A DNA stretch of 64,000 nucleotides from Actinomycetota bacterium (lineage in GTDB: Bacteria > Actinomycetota > Actinomycetes > S36-B12 > UBA5976). The translations under genes and the position numbers were made by a program. The stretch covers positions 37,074 to 101,073 of the forward strand of contig CANGDT010000003.1 in assembly GCA_947452755.1 (NCBI GenBank). Direction: 5' to 3'. The notes under the pieces are model-generated. The model was not told where the DNA came from. It saw only the letters and a program-made list of their open reading frames with translations, and searched no databases. Positions 30,309 to 40,073 of the stretch are shown here, piece after piece; the stretch's first letter is position 1, and each line of letters opens with the position of its first letter.

Positions 30309-33188
30309 ATGTTAGATCAATCGTTCGTTTATTCAGAATTCGCCGACCGACACATCGGTCCACGCTCAAGTGATTTGCAGACAATTCTGGATTTCCTTGG
30401 CTATTCATCTTTAACGGATCTCGCCCGTGATGCAGTTCCCACAAATATTCAAAACACAGCTCCGCTAGCACTTGATGCTGGCCAGAGCGAGGCCGACGTT
30501 ATTTCCGAACTGCGTGATTTCGCGTCGGCTAACGAGGTACTCACATCGATGATCGGTTTGGGTTACTACGGCACGCACACCCCAGGCGTTATCAAGCGAA
30601 ACATCACGGAGAACCCTGCGTGGTACACGGCCTACACGCCATACCAGCCGGAAATTTCTCAAGGTCGTCTAGAGGCGCTGCTCAATTTTCAAACTGTAAT
30701 CACTGACTTGACTGGTTTGGATATCGCCAGTGCTTCGCTGCTTGATGAATCAACCGCAGCAGCAGAAGCTATGACGCTGATGCGTCGTTCGAGCAAGAGC
30801 GAATCACAAGTGATGTTTGTTGACGCAGACACACATCCACAAACTTTGTCGGTACTCGAAACACGAGCGAACCCAATTGGAATCGAGTTGCGAATTCTTG
30901 ATGTCGATGGCGACATTGATCTCTCGGATAGCTTTGGGATTTTGTTGAGCTACCCAGGAAGTTCGGGACGCATTCGCAACATTGCGCCAATTGTTCAGCG
31001 GGCCCATGATGCTGGCGTACTTGCCGCAGTGACGACAGATCTGCTCGCAATGACAGTTTTGACTTCACCGGGTGAACTAGGTGCTGACATAGTTGTTGGT
31101 TCCGCACAACGTTTCGGTGTTCCAATGGGATTCGGTGGACCGCATGCAGGCTTTATGGCAGTGCGTTCTGGCCTAGAGCGTTCACTTCCTGGTCGCCTTG
31201 TCGGTGTCAGTGTGGATGCCGATGGCAAGCCCGCTTACCGCCTCGCATTACAAACCCGCGAACAGCATATTCGTCGAGATAAAGCCACCAGCAACATTTG
31301 TACTGCACAGGTTTTGCTAGCGGTCATGGCCTCGATGTACGCGGTCTATCACGGTCCTGCAGGGGTGCGTGCAATTGCCTTACACGCACACAAGCGGGCA
31401 AATGTTCTCGCTGGGGGATTGATTCAAGCCGGGATGAATGTGTCGGCAGATTTCTTTGACACAGTTCGCGTTGACGTTTCCGGCAAAGCGTCCGCAGTCA
31501 TTGACGCGGCTCGCTCGCGAGGTATCGCGCTTTGGATGGTTGATGACAACACTGTTTCAATCAGCGTTGATGAAACCACGAGCGTCCGAGACATTGAGCA
31601 GGTATGGGCTGCGTTCGCAGACGTCTTCGGTGGCGGACTGCCCATTGACTACTCAACAGTGGGGGAGCACGTTTCCCTGCCAGCGGCGCTTCAGCGAAGT
31701 TCGGAATTTCTGACACATCCAGTGTTCAATTCGCATCATAGTGAAACAGCAATGTTGCGTTACATTCGTTCATTGTCAGATAAAGACATTGCGCTGGATC
31801 GTTCGATGATTCCACTTGGTTCATGCACAATGAAATTGAATGCAACCACCGAGATGGAAGCAATCACGTGGCCAGAGTTCGCCAACATCCATCCATTCGC
31901 ACCACTGGACACAGTGCAGGGTTACCTCACATTGATTCAGCAGCTTGAAGCGTGGTTGGTAGAAATTACTGGCTACGACGCGGTGTCTTTGCAACCCAAC
32001 GCAGGTTCACAAGGAGAGTTCGCTGGTCTTTTGGCAATCCGGAGCTACCACCATTCACGTGGGGACGTGGATCGCAACATTTGCTTGATTCCTAGTTCAG
32101 CGCACGGCACGAATGCGGCGTCCGCTGTCATGGCAGGTATGCGCGTTGTTGTTGTTGGTTGCGACGATTTTGGAAACGTCAACATCGATGACCTAAAGCA
32201 CAAGATTATTGAACACTCCGACAACCTTGCTGCGTTGATGATCACTTACCCGTCAACTCATGGCGTCTATGAGTCAACGGTTACAGATATCTGCGCAATG
32301 GTCCACGATGCAGGGGGACAGGTCTACGTTGACGGCGCGAATCTGAACGCACTCGTCGGTTTGGCAAAACCCGGCAAGTTCGGCGCAGATGTGTCGCACC
32401 TAAACCTTCATAAAACATTCGCCATTCCACACGGTGGCGGTGGACCAGGCGTTGGACCCGTTGGCGTGCGCGCGCATTTGGCTCCATATTTGCCTTCGCA
32501 CCCATTGCGTCCCGAAGCTGGACCACTGGGCCGCGGTCACGATGACGGTGGGGTAGGTGCAGTCAGCGGAGCACCATGGGGAAGTGCGGGCGTACTGCCA
32601 ATTCCATGGGCTTACATCCGACTGATGGGTTCGGCCGGGCTGACCGAAGCAACTCAGGTTGCTGTTGCCAGCGCAAACTACCTGGCCAAGAAGCTTGAGG
32701 GCGATTATCCGGTGCTGTACGTCGGTAACAATGGCCTAGTTGCACATGAGTGCATCTTTGACCTACGCGAGATCACCAAAATTACTGGCGTCACCGTGGA
32801 CGACGTGGCCAAACGACTCGTGGACTTCGGATTCCACGCGCCAACCATGTCATTTCCAGTCGCAGGCACACTGATGGTCGAACCAACCGAATCTGAGTCA
32901 CTTTTCGAGCTGAACAGGTTTGTGGACGCCATGAAGCAGATAAAGGCTGAAATTGACGCTGTGGGCGCAGGGAAGTGGCCTGTAGATGACAACCCGCTGC
33001 ACAATGCCCCACATACGGCCGAATACCTGCTTGGTGAATGGAATCATCCATATTCCCGTGAAGAGGCTGCCTACCCAACTGCCAGCCTGCGTTCTGCAAA
33101 ATACTGGCCGCCGGTACGCCGTCTCGACGGCGCCTATGGCGATCGCAACTTGGTTTGTTCCTGCCCGCCAATTTCAGACTTCGCCTAA
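30309..33188 (+). CDS. gcvP: glycine dehydrogenase (aminomethyl-transferring), glycine cleavage P protein
   Basis: About 959 aa. [34 protein letters not shown], and the PLP-lysine region [22 protein letters not shown]. The ATG at 30309 has GAGG 6 nt upstream; the track start is 30294. Confidence 0.95.
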   Translation: MLDQSFVYSEFADRHIGPRSSDLQTILDFLGYSSLTDLARDAVPTNIQNTAPLALDAGQSEADVISELRDFASANEVLTSMIGLGYYGTHTPGVIKRNITENPAWYTAYTPYQPEISQGRLEALLNFQTVITDLTGLDIASASLLDESTAAAEAMTLMRRSSKSESQVMFVDADTHPQTLSVLETRANPIGIELRILDVDGDIDLSDSFGILLSYPGSSGRIRNIAPIVQRAHDAGVLAAVTTDLLAMTVLTSPGELGADIVVGSAQRFGVPMGFGGPHAGFMAVRSGLERSLPGRLVGVSVDADGKPAYRLALQTREQHIRRDKATSNICTAQVLLAVMASMYAVYHGPAGVRAIALHAHKRANVLAGGLIQAGMNVSADFFDTVRVDVSGKASAVIDAARSRGIALWMVDDNTVSISVDETTSVRDIEQVWAAFADVFGGGLPIDYSTVGEHVSLPAALQRSSEFLTHPVFNSHHSETAMLRYIRSLSDKDIALDRSMIPLGSCTMKLNATTEMEAITWPEFANIHPFAPLDTVQGYLTLIQQLEAWLVEITGYDAVSLQPNAGSQGEFAGLLAIRSYHHSRGDVDRNICLIPSSAHGTNAASAVMAGMRVVVVGCDDFGNVNIDDLKHKIIEHSDNLAALMITYPSTHGVYESTVTDICAMVHDAGGQVYVDGANLNALVGLAKPGKFGADVSHLNLHKTFAIPHGGGGPGVGPVGVRAHLAPYLPSHPLRPEAGPLGRGHDDGGVGAVSGAPWGSAGVLPIPWAYIRLMGSAGLTEATQVAVASANYLAKKLEGDYPVLYVGNNGLVAHECIFDLREITKITGVTVDDVAKRLVDFGFHAPTMSFPVAGTLMVEPTESESLFELNRFVDAMKQIKAEIDAVGAGKWPVDDNPLHNAPHTAEYLLGEWNHPYSREEAAYPTASLRSAKYWPPVRRLDGAYGDRNLVCSCPPISDFA

Positions 33189-33539
33189 AGCGCATTCTGA
33201 TCCAGCGCGTTTACCCCTGCGTCGTGCACTCGGCGCAAGGGAAGCCCTGTCACGGACCACGCGTGATTATCGCCTTGCGTTCTTAGGAAATGATGCTTGG
33301 GCGTATTTCTCTAGAATGACATAATGTATCTTATCGGCTTAATGCTGGTCAATATTTGCAATGGCGCCGCGGTCAATCTCACTTAGCCAAACCTTTAACA
33401 AGCGCCGCATGTCCCTTAGCCAAACCCTGAACATTGATTTGCCAGGTTTAGTACCAGAAGGTTCTGGGTACTAATGACATGTCGCAACAAGCGGCAGATT
33501 ACGTACACAACTGTGAAGCGATTCACGAAAGGTATGACA

Positions 33540-33890
33540 ATGGCTGAATCAATGCGTGGGTCGCGTCTAGGCGCAACCAGCTACGAAGTCGACAATGGTT
33601 TCTCAATACCTAGAGTTCTGACGACCTATATCTGTCCAGACGACCACCGAACAACTTTGCCGTTCTTTGCTGAGGCTGACGAGATCCCGGACATCTGGGA
33701 ATGCACATGCGGGCTCACGGGGCTGCGCATGGGTGCCCAAATGCCAGAGATGCCTGCTCAACGTGTCCTGAGGTCGCATATGGACATGATTCGCGAGCGG
33801 CGCAGCGAACTGGACCTAGGAAACGCTCTTGATGATGCTCTACGCAATCTTCGTGGCGAACAAGGGCAGCGGCACGCCAAGAGTGCCTAA
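33540..33890 (+). CDS. rbpA: RNA polymerase-binding protein RbpA
   Basis: MAESMRGSRLGATSYEVDNG...LPFFAEADEIPDIWEC.CG...RSHMDMIRERRS matches the RbpA core, basic linker and sigma-interaction region. It is adjacent to ppm1, as in M. tuberculosis (Rv2050/Rv2051c). Confidence 0.85.
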   Translation: MAESMRGSRLGATSYEVDNGFSIPRVLTTYICPDDHRTTLPFFAEADEIPDIWECTCGLTGLRMGAQMPEMPAQRVLRSHMDMIRERRSELDLGNALDDALRNLRGEQGQRHAKSA

Positions 33891-33894
33891 TCGC

Positions 33895-34653
33895 CTACTT
33901 TGTTTGACGAGAAACTACGTCCTTGAGGTCTTGGGTGCGCTTGGTCCAGCCCCAGGCTGTGACACGCTTCAAGGCCTCTTGAACGATGGCTCCGTCCATT
34001 TTCGACTCACCTAGTTCACGCTCAACAAATGTGATTGGCACTTCGCGCACACGCAAACCTGAACGCACTGCGCGCCAAGCCATATCAACTTGAAAACAAT
34101 ATCCCTGACTCTGGACAGACGTCAGATCCATTTCGGCAAGAGCTGTCATGCGATACGCGCGGAAGCCGCCTGTTGCATCGCCCACAGGCATGCCTAGCCA
34201 TAACTTTGTGTATAAATTTCCGCCCCGCGACAGTGCCTCGCGACTCTTTGGCCAGTTGACTACTCGCCCACCTTTTACCCAACGCGATCCAAGGACTACA
34301 TCTGCGTCGACCAAAGCATTAAGCAACAGTGGTAAATCCACCGGACGGTGCGAACCATCTGCGTCCATTTCAACAACCACGTCATAGCCTTCTGCCCTAG
34401 CCCACTCAAACGCCGCCAGGTATGCAGCGCCAAGCCCAGCTTTCTGGGTGCGATGCAGAACGCGAATGTGCGAATCCGTTGCGGCGAAAGTGTCTGCTAA
34501 GGCTCCTGTGCCGTCTGGAGAACCGTCATCTGCAATCAAGATGTCGACAGTTGGTGCCTGCGCGCGAATGCCTTGAGTGACAATCGGAAGATTTTGAATC
34601 TCGTTATATGTAGGAACGACTACCAGGACTCGACCAAGTTGTTCGTATGACAT
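33895..34653 (-). CDS. ppm1: polyprenol monophosphomannose synthase (GT2)
   Basis: 252 aa. VVVPTYNEIQNL, ADDGSPDGT, EMDADGSH, FRAYR. The gene is separate from lnt rather than fused. Confidence 0.85.
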   Translation of the reverse strand: MSYEQLGRVLVVVPTYNEIQNLPIVTQGIRAQAPTVDILIADDGSPDGTGALADTFAATDSHIRVLHRTQKAGLGAAYLAAFEWARAEGYDVVVEMDADGSHRPVDLPLLLNALVDADVVLGSRWVKGGRVVNWPKSREALSRGGNLYTKLWLGMPVGDATGGFRAYRMTALAEMDLTSVQSQGYCFQVDMAWRAVRSGLRVREVPITFVERELGESKMDGAIVQEALKRVTAWGWTKRTQDLKDVVSRQTK

Positions 34654-34920
34654 TTAGTCGTCCTTCGCAGAATTGCGCGATGTGGAACGTGTCGCTGCCA
34701 ACAAACCGTACAGTCCAATTCCAACCCAAATGGAATTGAGCGCGACACTTGGGAATGCGTGATGCACGAAACCATTAATTCCCAGAAACACAGCACCGAG
34801 CAGATTCATAGTGAGTGACTGCCACGTGGTCGCAGGATAAATATTTTTGGTCGCGAGCAAATAAGCCACAATCAGCAGAACGCTGCCGGTCCAGCCGAGA
34901 ACTTCAATCAAAGCATCCAC
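34654..34920 (-). CDS. small 3-TM membrane protein of unknown function
   Basis: 88 aa with three hydrophobic helices. It is packed with 0-nt and 4-nt gaps between lnt and ppm1. Confidence 0.6.
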   Translation of the reverse strand: MDALIEVLGWTGSVLLIVAYLLATKNIYPATTWQSLTMNLLGAVFLGINGFVHHAFPSVALNSIWVGIGLYGLLAATRSTSRNSAKDD

Positions 34921-34924
34921 CGCT

Positions 34925-36430
34925 CTAGCCTACGAGGTCATTGTCAGTATGCATCGATTGCAACTTAGTTCTTACGAATCGCCAACTGAATACAAACAAT
35001 AGAATGGCAATGAACCACTCGAACCAATGCGAATGCCGATCATGGAACGTTACTTCGCTCTGCAAAGGCACCTCGCCAATTGCATACATGGAGTTCATTT
35101 CAGGTGTTCGTAAGACCACTTCCCCATCATTGTTAATAAATCCGGAAATGCCAGTTGTTGTTGCTATCGCAATGGCTCGGTTATGTTCATATGCTCGCAG
35201 TCGTGTGATGGCGAATTGCTGCGGACTCTCTTCTGTGAGCGCATACGTTGCGTCATTGCTTTGCACCGTGAGGAATTGTGCACCTGCTCCAATCAGCTCG
35301 GTGAAGTGTCGATCGTAGGCAACCTCAAAGCAAATAATGTCGCCGAAGCGAAATTGTGGGAGCACAAAAAGTCCAGGTTCATGACCGGCAACGTAGTTGT
35401 TCACGACAAGCCCGAGTGATGTCACGACCTTTGTGAGCGGACCTGTCACAGGCATGTATTCGCCGAATGGAACAAGTTGTTGTTTGTTGTATGTTGCTCC
35501 AGGGCCTGACAGAGGTTGCCACAGAATCGCTTGGTTGTATGTGTGCACACCATCACTCACCTGTGTCGTCGCGCCAATTAATGTCGGAGTCTTTAGTGCA
35601 TCCACCGCAGTTTGAATTGGTTTCCGCTCAATTGGATTTTGCACTGGATCGCGATTGGCTGCGTTCTCCGGCCACACAACGAGATCAACAGATGTACCTG
35701 CTCGGAGCAAGTCGCTTGCCAGCGTATTTGTCACAGCAATGTGATTCAGAAACACTTCGGCTGCTTGCTTGTTTTCGTGGTAACCGCGTTGCGGGACACT
35801 CCCCTGTATCACCGCAACACGCGCCGAATCTGTTGACTGCGGAACAGAAAGAAGGTGTCCGAGCGCTGAAGTCGAGATGACAACGAATGCCACTCCCCCA
35901 GCACCCCTAACCCAGCGGTGCGATTGCACACTGTTAAGGAGGAACACCGCGACGATGACTATCGCGGCTGCCAACAGCGGATCACCACCGATGCGGGACA
36001 GTGGCATCAGCGGGGATTCAACCTGCGAATATGCAATCAATCCCCACGGAAAACCGCCCCACGGCGCATTTGTGCGCAACAACTCAACCAACGTCAAACC
36101 CACAGTCGGCACGAGATAACTGGATAAACCTGACTCAGGAAAACGCTTCACAGCGATGAGTAAAAGCGGCAGTGCTGAAATTATTGTCAGCATTACCCAT
36201 GCGCCTGAGCCCAACACAGTCGACCAATGTAAAAGCGTCGCGAACCATGCGAAAGAAAATGTCCCTACGCGGATGAATCTGATTCGTTTGGATGAATGTC
36301 GGCCCGCCCACACAAGATAAGCCAGAGCGCCGATAGCGAGGTACCACAGCCCTAACGTGAAACTCCTGGCCATGGCGTATCCCGCCAAAGCCGCTACACC
36401 AATGGCAACTAGCTCGCGGAGGCGGACCAT
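34925..36430 (-). CDS. lnt: apolipoprotein N-acyltransferase (Lnt / Ppm2-like)
   Basis: 501 aa. N-terminal polytopic membrane domain plus a C-terminal CN-hydrolase domain (VVWPENA...ICFEVAY...). The start is uncertain because it overlaps the upstream gene by 22 nt. Confidence 0.8.
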   Translation of the reverse strand: MVRLRELVAIGVAALAGYAMARSFTLGLWYLAIGALAYLVWAGRHSSKRIRFIRVGTFSFAWFATLLHWSTVLGSGAWVMLTIISALPLLLIAVKRFPESGLSSYLVPTVGLTLVELLRTNAPWGGFPWGLIAYSQVESPLMPLSRIGGDPLLAAAIVIVAVFLLNSVQSHRWVRGAGGVAFVVISTSALGHLLSVPQSTDSARVAVIQGSVPQRGYHENKQAAEVFLNHIAVTNTLASDLLRAGTSVDLVVWPENAANRDPVQNPIERKPIQTAVDALKTPTLIGATTQVSDGVHTYNQAILWQPLSGPGATYNKQQLVPFGEYMPVTGPLTKVVTSLGLVVNNYVAGHEPGLFVLPQFRFGDIICFEVAYDRHFTELIGAGAQFLTVQSNDATYALTEESPQQFAITRLRAYEHNRAIAIATTTGISGFINNDGEVVLRTPEMNSMYAIGEVPLQSEVTFHDRHSHWFEWFIAILLFVFSWRFVRTKLQSMHTDNDLVG

Positions 36431-38007
36431 AGTGATTCGCGATCAAACAGTGCAACATCATTTCGCACCGTCAATAGGCACTTCGGTGGGACACCATCTA
36501 GATCCGGCAGGCCTGGCGTGCCTGATCGTTCATCAGTTGACCACGCACGTACGCGGCCGTCGGGAACATTAACGACCAAATCATCAACGTCCCACGCAGC
36601 AAAATGTGCTGGAGCGCCTACCGCAAGAACACCAGACTCATCATCGCCCACAGCACGCCAACCACCTCGAGTATGTGCAGCAAATGCAGCTCGCGCCGAG
36701 ATGCGATGCTCTTCCGTGTGGTGCAGAGTTGCGGCCCGCACTGCACGCCAAGGGTCAACAGGAGTTACAGGTGTATCCGATCCAAAAGCCAGCGGTATGC
36801 CGCGTCGCACTACTTCTGCGAAAGGGTTCATCTTCTTCATGCGGTCACGTCCTAGACGCGTTTCATACATACCGGACTCACCGCCCCACAGTTCGTCGAA
36901 GACAGGTTGCATACTTAGCACAACACCGGCATCAACATAGCAATCCAATTGGTCGGCCGTCATCAATTCGGCGTGCTCAATGCGATGGCGACTGCGACGC
37001 ACCGCATCACGGCCTAGAACTTCCATTGCCTTCTTCAGGCCGCTGTTGATGTTCTCCATCGCTCCGTCACCTATTGCGTGGAAGCCCCCCTGGAACCCTG
37101 CACGCGTACAGGCAATCAGATGCTCTGCCACATCATTCGCGTCCATATATTCAGCGCCTAATGTTTCACCATCGTTGTAATGAGTAAGCATGAGCGCAGT
37201 CCGTGAGCCACACGAACCATCCACATTAAGATCTCCCGCTGCACCAAAGGCTCCCAGCTCATTTACGCGCGCAAGGTTGATATCGCCCCAATACGCAAAA
37301 ATTTCAGGAATGTTATCGGCTTGAGTAGCAGCTAGCACATCCAGAAAATCCGCTTCTCCACTTACATGCGGACCAGCGTTTTCATGTACCGACACAATGC
37401 CATGTGCTGCCATGTCGGAAAGCGCCGCCGAAATCGCTGCACGTCGCTGAGGACTACTCAGCTTGCCAAGCACGATGTCGCGTACCTCGTGATGAGATTC
37501 CTGACTTAACAATCCAGTCTCGGAGTACCCATTAATTGTGGCCGACACTTCCTTTAGGAGATCAGAGGAAACCAATGCTGAGTGCACATCAATACGCGTG
37601 AGGTAAAAAGTTTGCTGACCTGCAGCATTATGTGCCGATGACGCGTTCCACATTTCACGGTCACGCCAATCGGTATCGTCCCAACCGTGGCCCATGATGA
37701 TTGCGTCCGAAGAACCTTGCGCGTATTTCGCGAGCAACACAAGTGCCTCCTGCGCACTTGTGACACCGACAAGGTCGAGACCGCGAGCAAACAAACCTGT
37801 ACTGCTCAAATGAACATGAGCATCAACGAAACCTGGCGCAATGAAGGCATCACCTAGATCGACAACTCTGTCTACATCGCCGACAAAACTTATTGCTGAA
37901 ACTCTGTCACCAATCCAGGCAACTCGACCGTCGTTGATAATCATGCTGGTGGCCCCAGGATTACCCTGTGAGTACAACGCTCCGCCGTGGATAAGAGTAC
38001 GTGGCAT
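36409..38007 (-). CDS. amidohydrolase-family metal-dependent hydrolase (YtcJ-like)
   Basis: About 532 aa from MPRTLIHGGALYS. Motifs: FVDAHVHL, AIGDGA, HRIEHAELM, AFGSDTPV. The track start at 38070 overlaps the upstream gene. Confidence 0.8.
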   Translation of the reverse strand: MPRTLIHGGALYSQGNPGATSMIINDGRVAWIGDRVSAISFVGDVDRVVDLGDAFIAPGFVDAHVHLSSTGLFARGLDLVGVTSAQEALVLLAKYAQGSSDAIIMGHGWDDTDWRDREMWNASSAHNAAGQQTFYLTRIDVHSALVSSDLLKEVSATINGYSETGLLSQESHHEVRDIVLGKLSSPQRRAAISAALSDMAAHGIVSVHENAGPHVSGEADFLDVLAATQADNIPEIFAYWGDINLARVNELGAFGAAGDLNVDGSCGSRTALMLTHYNDGETLGAEYMDANDVAEHLIACTRAGFQGGFHAIGDGAMENINSGLKKAMEVLGRDAVRRSRHRIEHAELMTADQLDCYVDAGVVLSMQPVFDELWGGESGMYETRLGRDRMKKMNPFAEVVRRGIPLAFGSDTPVTPVDPWRAVRAATLHHTEEHRISARAAFAAHTRGGWRAVGDDESGVLAVGAPAHFAAWDVDDLVVNVPDGRVRAWSTDERSGTPGLPDLDGVPPKCLLTVRNDVALFDRESLWSASAS

Positions 38008-38009
38008 GA

Positions 38010-39110
38010 CTAAAGAATCACTAAGTCGTGCGTGGTGTTGTTGGCACTTTGCACGCCATCGTTCGTGCACGTCACAATGTCTTCAATCCGAGCGCCATAC
38101 TTGCCTGGGATATAAAAACCTGGCTCAATTGAAAATGCGTGACCTTCAATCAAATGATCCGTATTGCCCGACACTATGTACGGCTCTTCGTGAGTTTCCA
38201 TACCAATTCCGTGACCAGTTCGGTGAATAAAGTACTCACCCAACCCTGCCTGGGTAAGTATGTCGCGAGCAATCCCGTCCACTGATTCGCAAGTGACACC
38301 TGGTCGAGCGAAATTCACCGCCGCAGCTTGCGCTTCCTGAAGTACTTCATACATCGCCTTGTACTCAGCATCCACGTCGCCACACGCATACATACGCGTT
38401 GAATCGCTGCAATATCCACTGGGCATAGTTCCACCAATGTCTACAACAACTGGTTCATGCGCCTGGATTACGCGGTCTGAAACCTCGTGATGTGGACTCG
38501 CGCCATTTGGACCACTTGCCACAATGACGAAATCGACAGTTACATGTCCGGCTTTGAGAATTGCATCAGCGATGTCGCGACCAACGTCACGCTCGGTACG
38601 CCCGGGTCGAAGCCACTCACCCATTCGCGCGTGGACAGCGTCAATCGCCGCTCCCGCCTCGTGCAGTGCTTGAATTTCTTGTGGAGTCTTTATCTCGCGA
38701 ATGTCAGACAACACTTTGTTCGCCAGTTGTACTTCACTGCCCAGCGCATCACGAAGGTGGAAGGCCTTTTCAGCCCACATCAAGTTGGCAACGAGTGCTC
38801 GGGATGACTTACCTGTCGCGGAGATCAGAACTTCATAAGGGTTTTGTGTCTCAGACCAACTCAACAACGTGATGCCCTGACTTTCGACATCATGGGCAAC
38901 AGCAGCGGGACGCTCCAGCTCTGGCACAATCATCCACACATTGCCATCAGCCTTCACTGCCAAACAAGTTAGGCGCTCAAGTGGCAATGCGTCATAGCCC
39001 GTCAAATAGCGCAAGTCTGCTCCTGGCGTGACAAATAACAATTCATGCCCATGTTGGTCCAAGGACCTTGCCACGCGTTGAACGCGTTCGGTGTAATTAG
39101 TTGCAGTCAC
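38010..39110 (-). CDS. M24-family dipeptidase (PepE/PepQ-like)
   Basis: 366 aa. Pita-bread fold motifs VVVDIGG, HRTGHGIGMETHEEP, EPGFYIPGKYGARIED. Confidence 0.85.
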   Translation of the reverse strand: MTATNYTERVQRVARSLDQHGHELLFVTPGADLRYLTGYDALPLERLTCLAVKADGNVWMIVPELERPAAVAHDVESQGITLLSWSETQNPYEVLISATGKSSRALVANLMWAEKAFHLRDALGSEVQLANKVLSDIREIKTPQEIQALHEAGAAIDAVHARMGEWLRPGRTERDVGRDIADAILKAGHVTVDFVIVASGPNGASPHHEVSDRVIQAHEPVVVDIGGTMPSGYCSDSTRMYACGDVDAEYKAMYEVLQEAQAAAVNFARPGVTCESVDGIARDILTQAGLGEYFIHRTGHGIGMETHEEPYIVSGNTDHLIEGHAFSIEPGFYIPGKYGARIEDIVTCTNDGVQSANNTTHDLVIL

Positions 39111-39119
39111 GCATCCACG

Positions 39120-40073
39120 CTACCTAACGATATTCAATGTTTTCAGCAACCGGGTCACTTGTTTTTCAATACCCCATTCGACTGTGAGCGCCTCAAGTTC
39201 CTCGGAATCGCTTACCTTCTTCGGCACAGCAAGCGAACCCGAAATCTTGGCATCAGTACGCACCCGAACCACCCGCCCACCGGATTCGATGTAATCACTG
39301 CTCTCAAGAATGTTTCGTCGCACAGCAGGTGCCAGAGGCGCTGAAGGGTCTGCGGCCGCCTTTTGAATCGCGACTATGTCGTTGTATTCAGCAACCAGTT
39401 TCGCAGCAGTTTTTTCACCAATGCCCTTCACGCCAGGCAACCCATCTGATGCATCGCCTCGCATAAGTGCAAAGTCTGCATACTGAGACCCATTAATTCC
39501 ATATTTCGCAATGAGAAAATTATCGTCCACAAATTCCAAGTTTCTCAAACCCTTGGTGATGCTAATGACTCGAATATCGTTTGCATCATCTACTAGTTGA
39601 AACAGATCTCGGTCGCCAGTAATCACATCGCAGTTGGCTTTATGTTTTTTGACCAAAGCACCGAGAATGTCGTCAGCTTCGTGCTCGTACTGACCAATTC
39701 GACGCAGTCCGATTGAGTCCAAGACCTTGGCAATTGCGTCAATCTGAGGTGACAAATTATCAGGAACTGTTTCTGAACTTTCACCGGCGACGGAGCCTTC
39801 ATCCACCCGATGCGCTTTGTAGCTTGGAACCAAATCCACACGCCACTGTGGCCGCCAGTCATCGTCCCATGCAAATACCACATTGTCCGCTGGGAACTGC
39901 GCGTAAAGAGCCGACACCATGTCAAGAAAACTTCGCAGCGCACCCGATGGCGTACCGTCTGGTGCTGTGATCGATTCGGGAACGGCATAGAACGCGCGGT
40001 AGTACAAGGTTGCCGTATCGAAAAAGAGTCCTCGTTTAGCGGCCATACCTGTCGAATCTTGCTTTGTTACCAT
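39120..40073 (-). CDS. 5'-3' exonuclease (FEN / Pol I N-terminal-domain family)
   Basis: 317 aa. LFFDTATLYYRAFYA, AWDDDWRPQWR, EADDILG, TGDRDLFQLV, H3TH region GVKGIGEKTAAKL. Confidence 0.85.
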   Translation of the reverse strand: MVTKQDSTGMAAKRGLFFDTATLYYRAFYAVPESITAPDGTPSGALRSFLDMVSALYAQFPADNVVFAWDDDWRPQWRVDLVPSYKAHRVDEGSVAGESSETVPDNLSPQIDAIAKVLDSIGLRRIGQYEHEADDILGALVKKHKANCDVITGDRDLFQLVDDANDIRVISITKGLRNLEFVDDNFLIAKYGINGSQYADFALMRGDASDGLPGVKGIGEKTAAKLVAEYNDIVAIQKAAADPSAPLAPAVRRNILESSDYIESGGRVVRVRTDAKISGSLAVPKKVSDSEELEALTVEWGIEKQVTRLLKTLNIVR

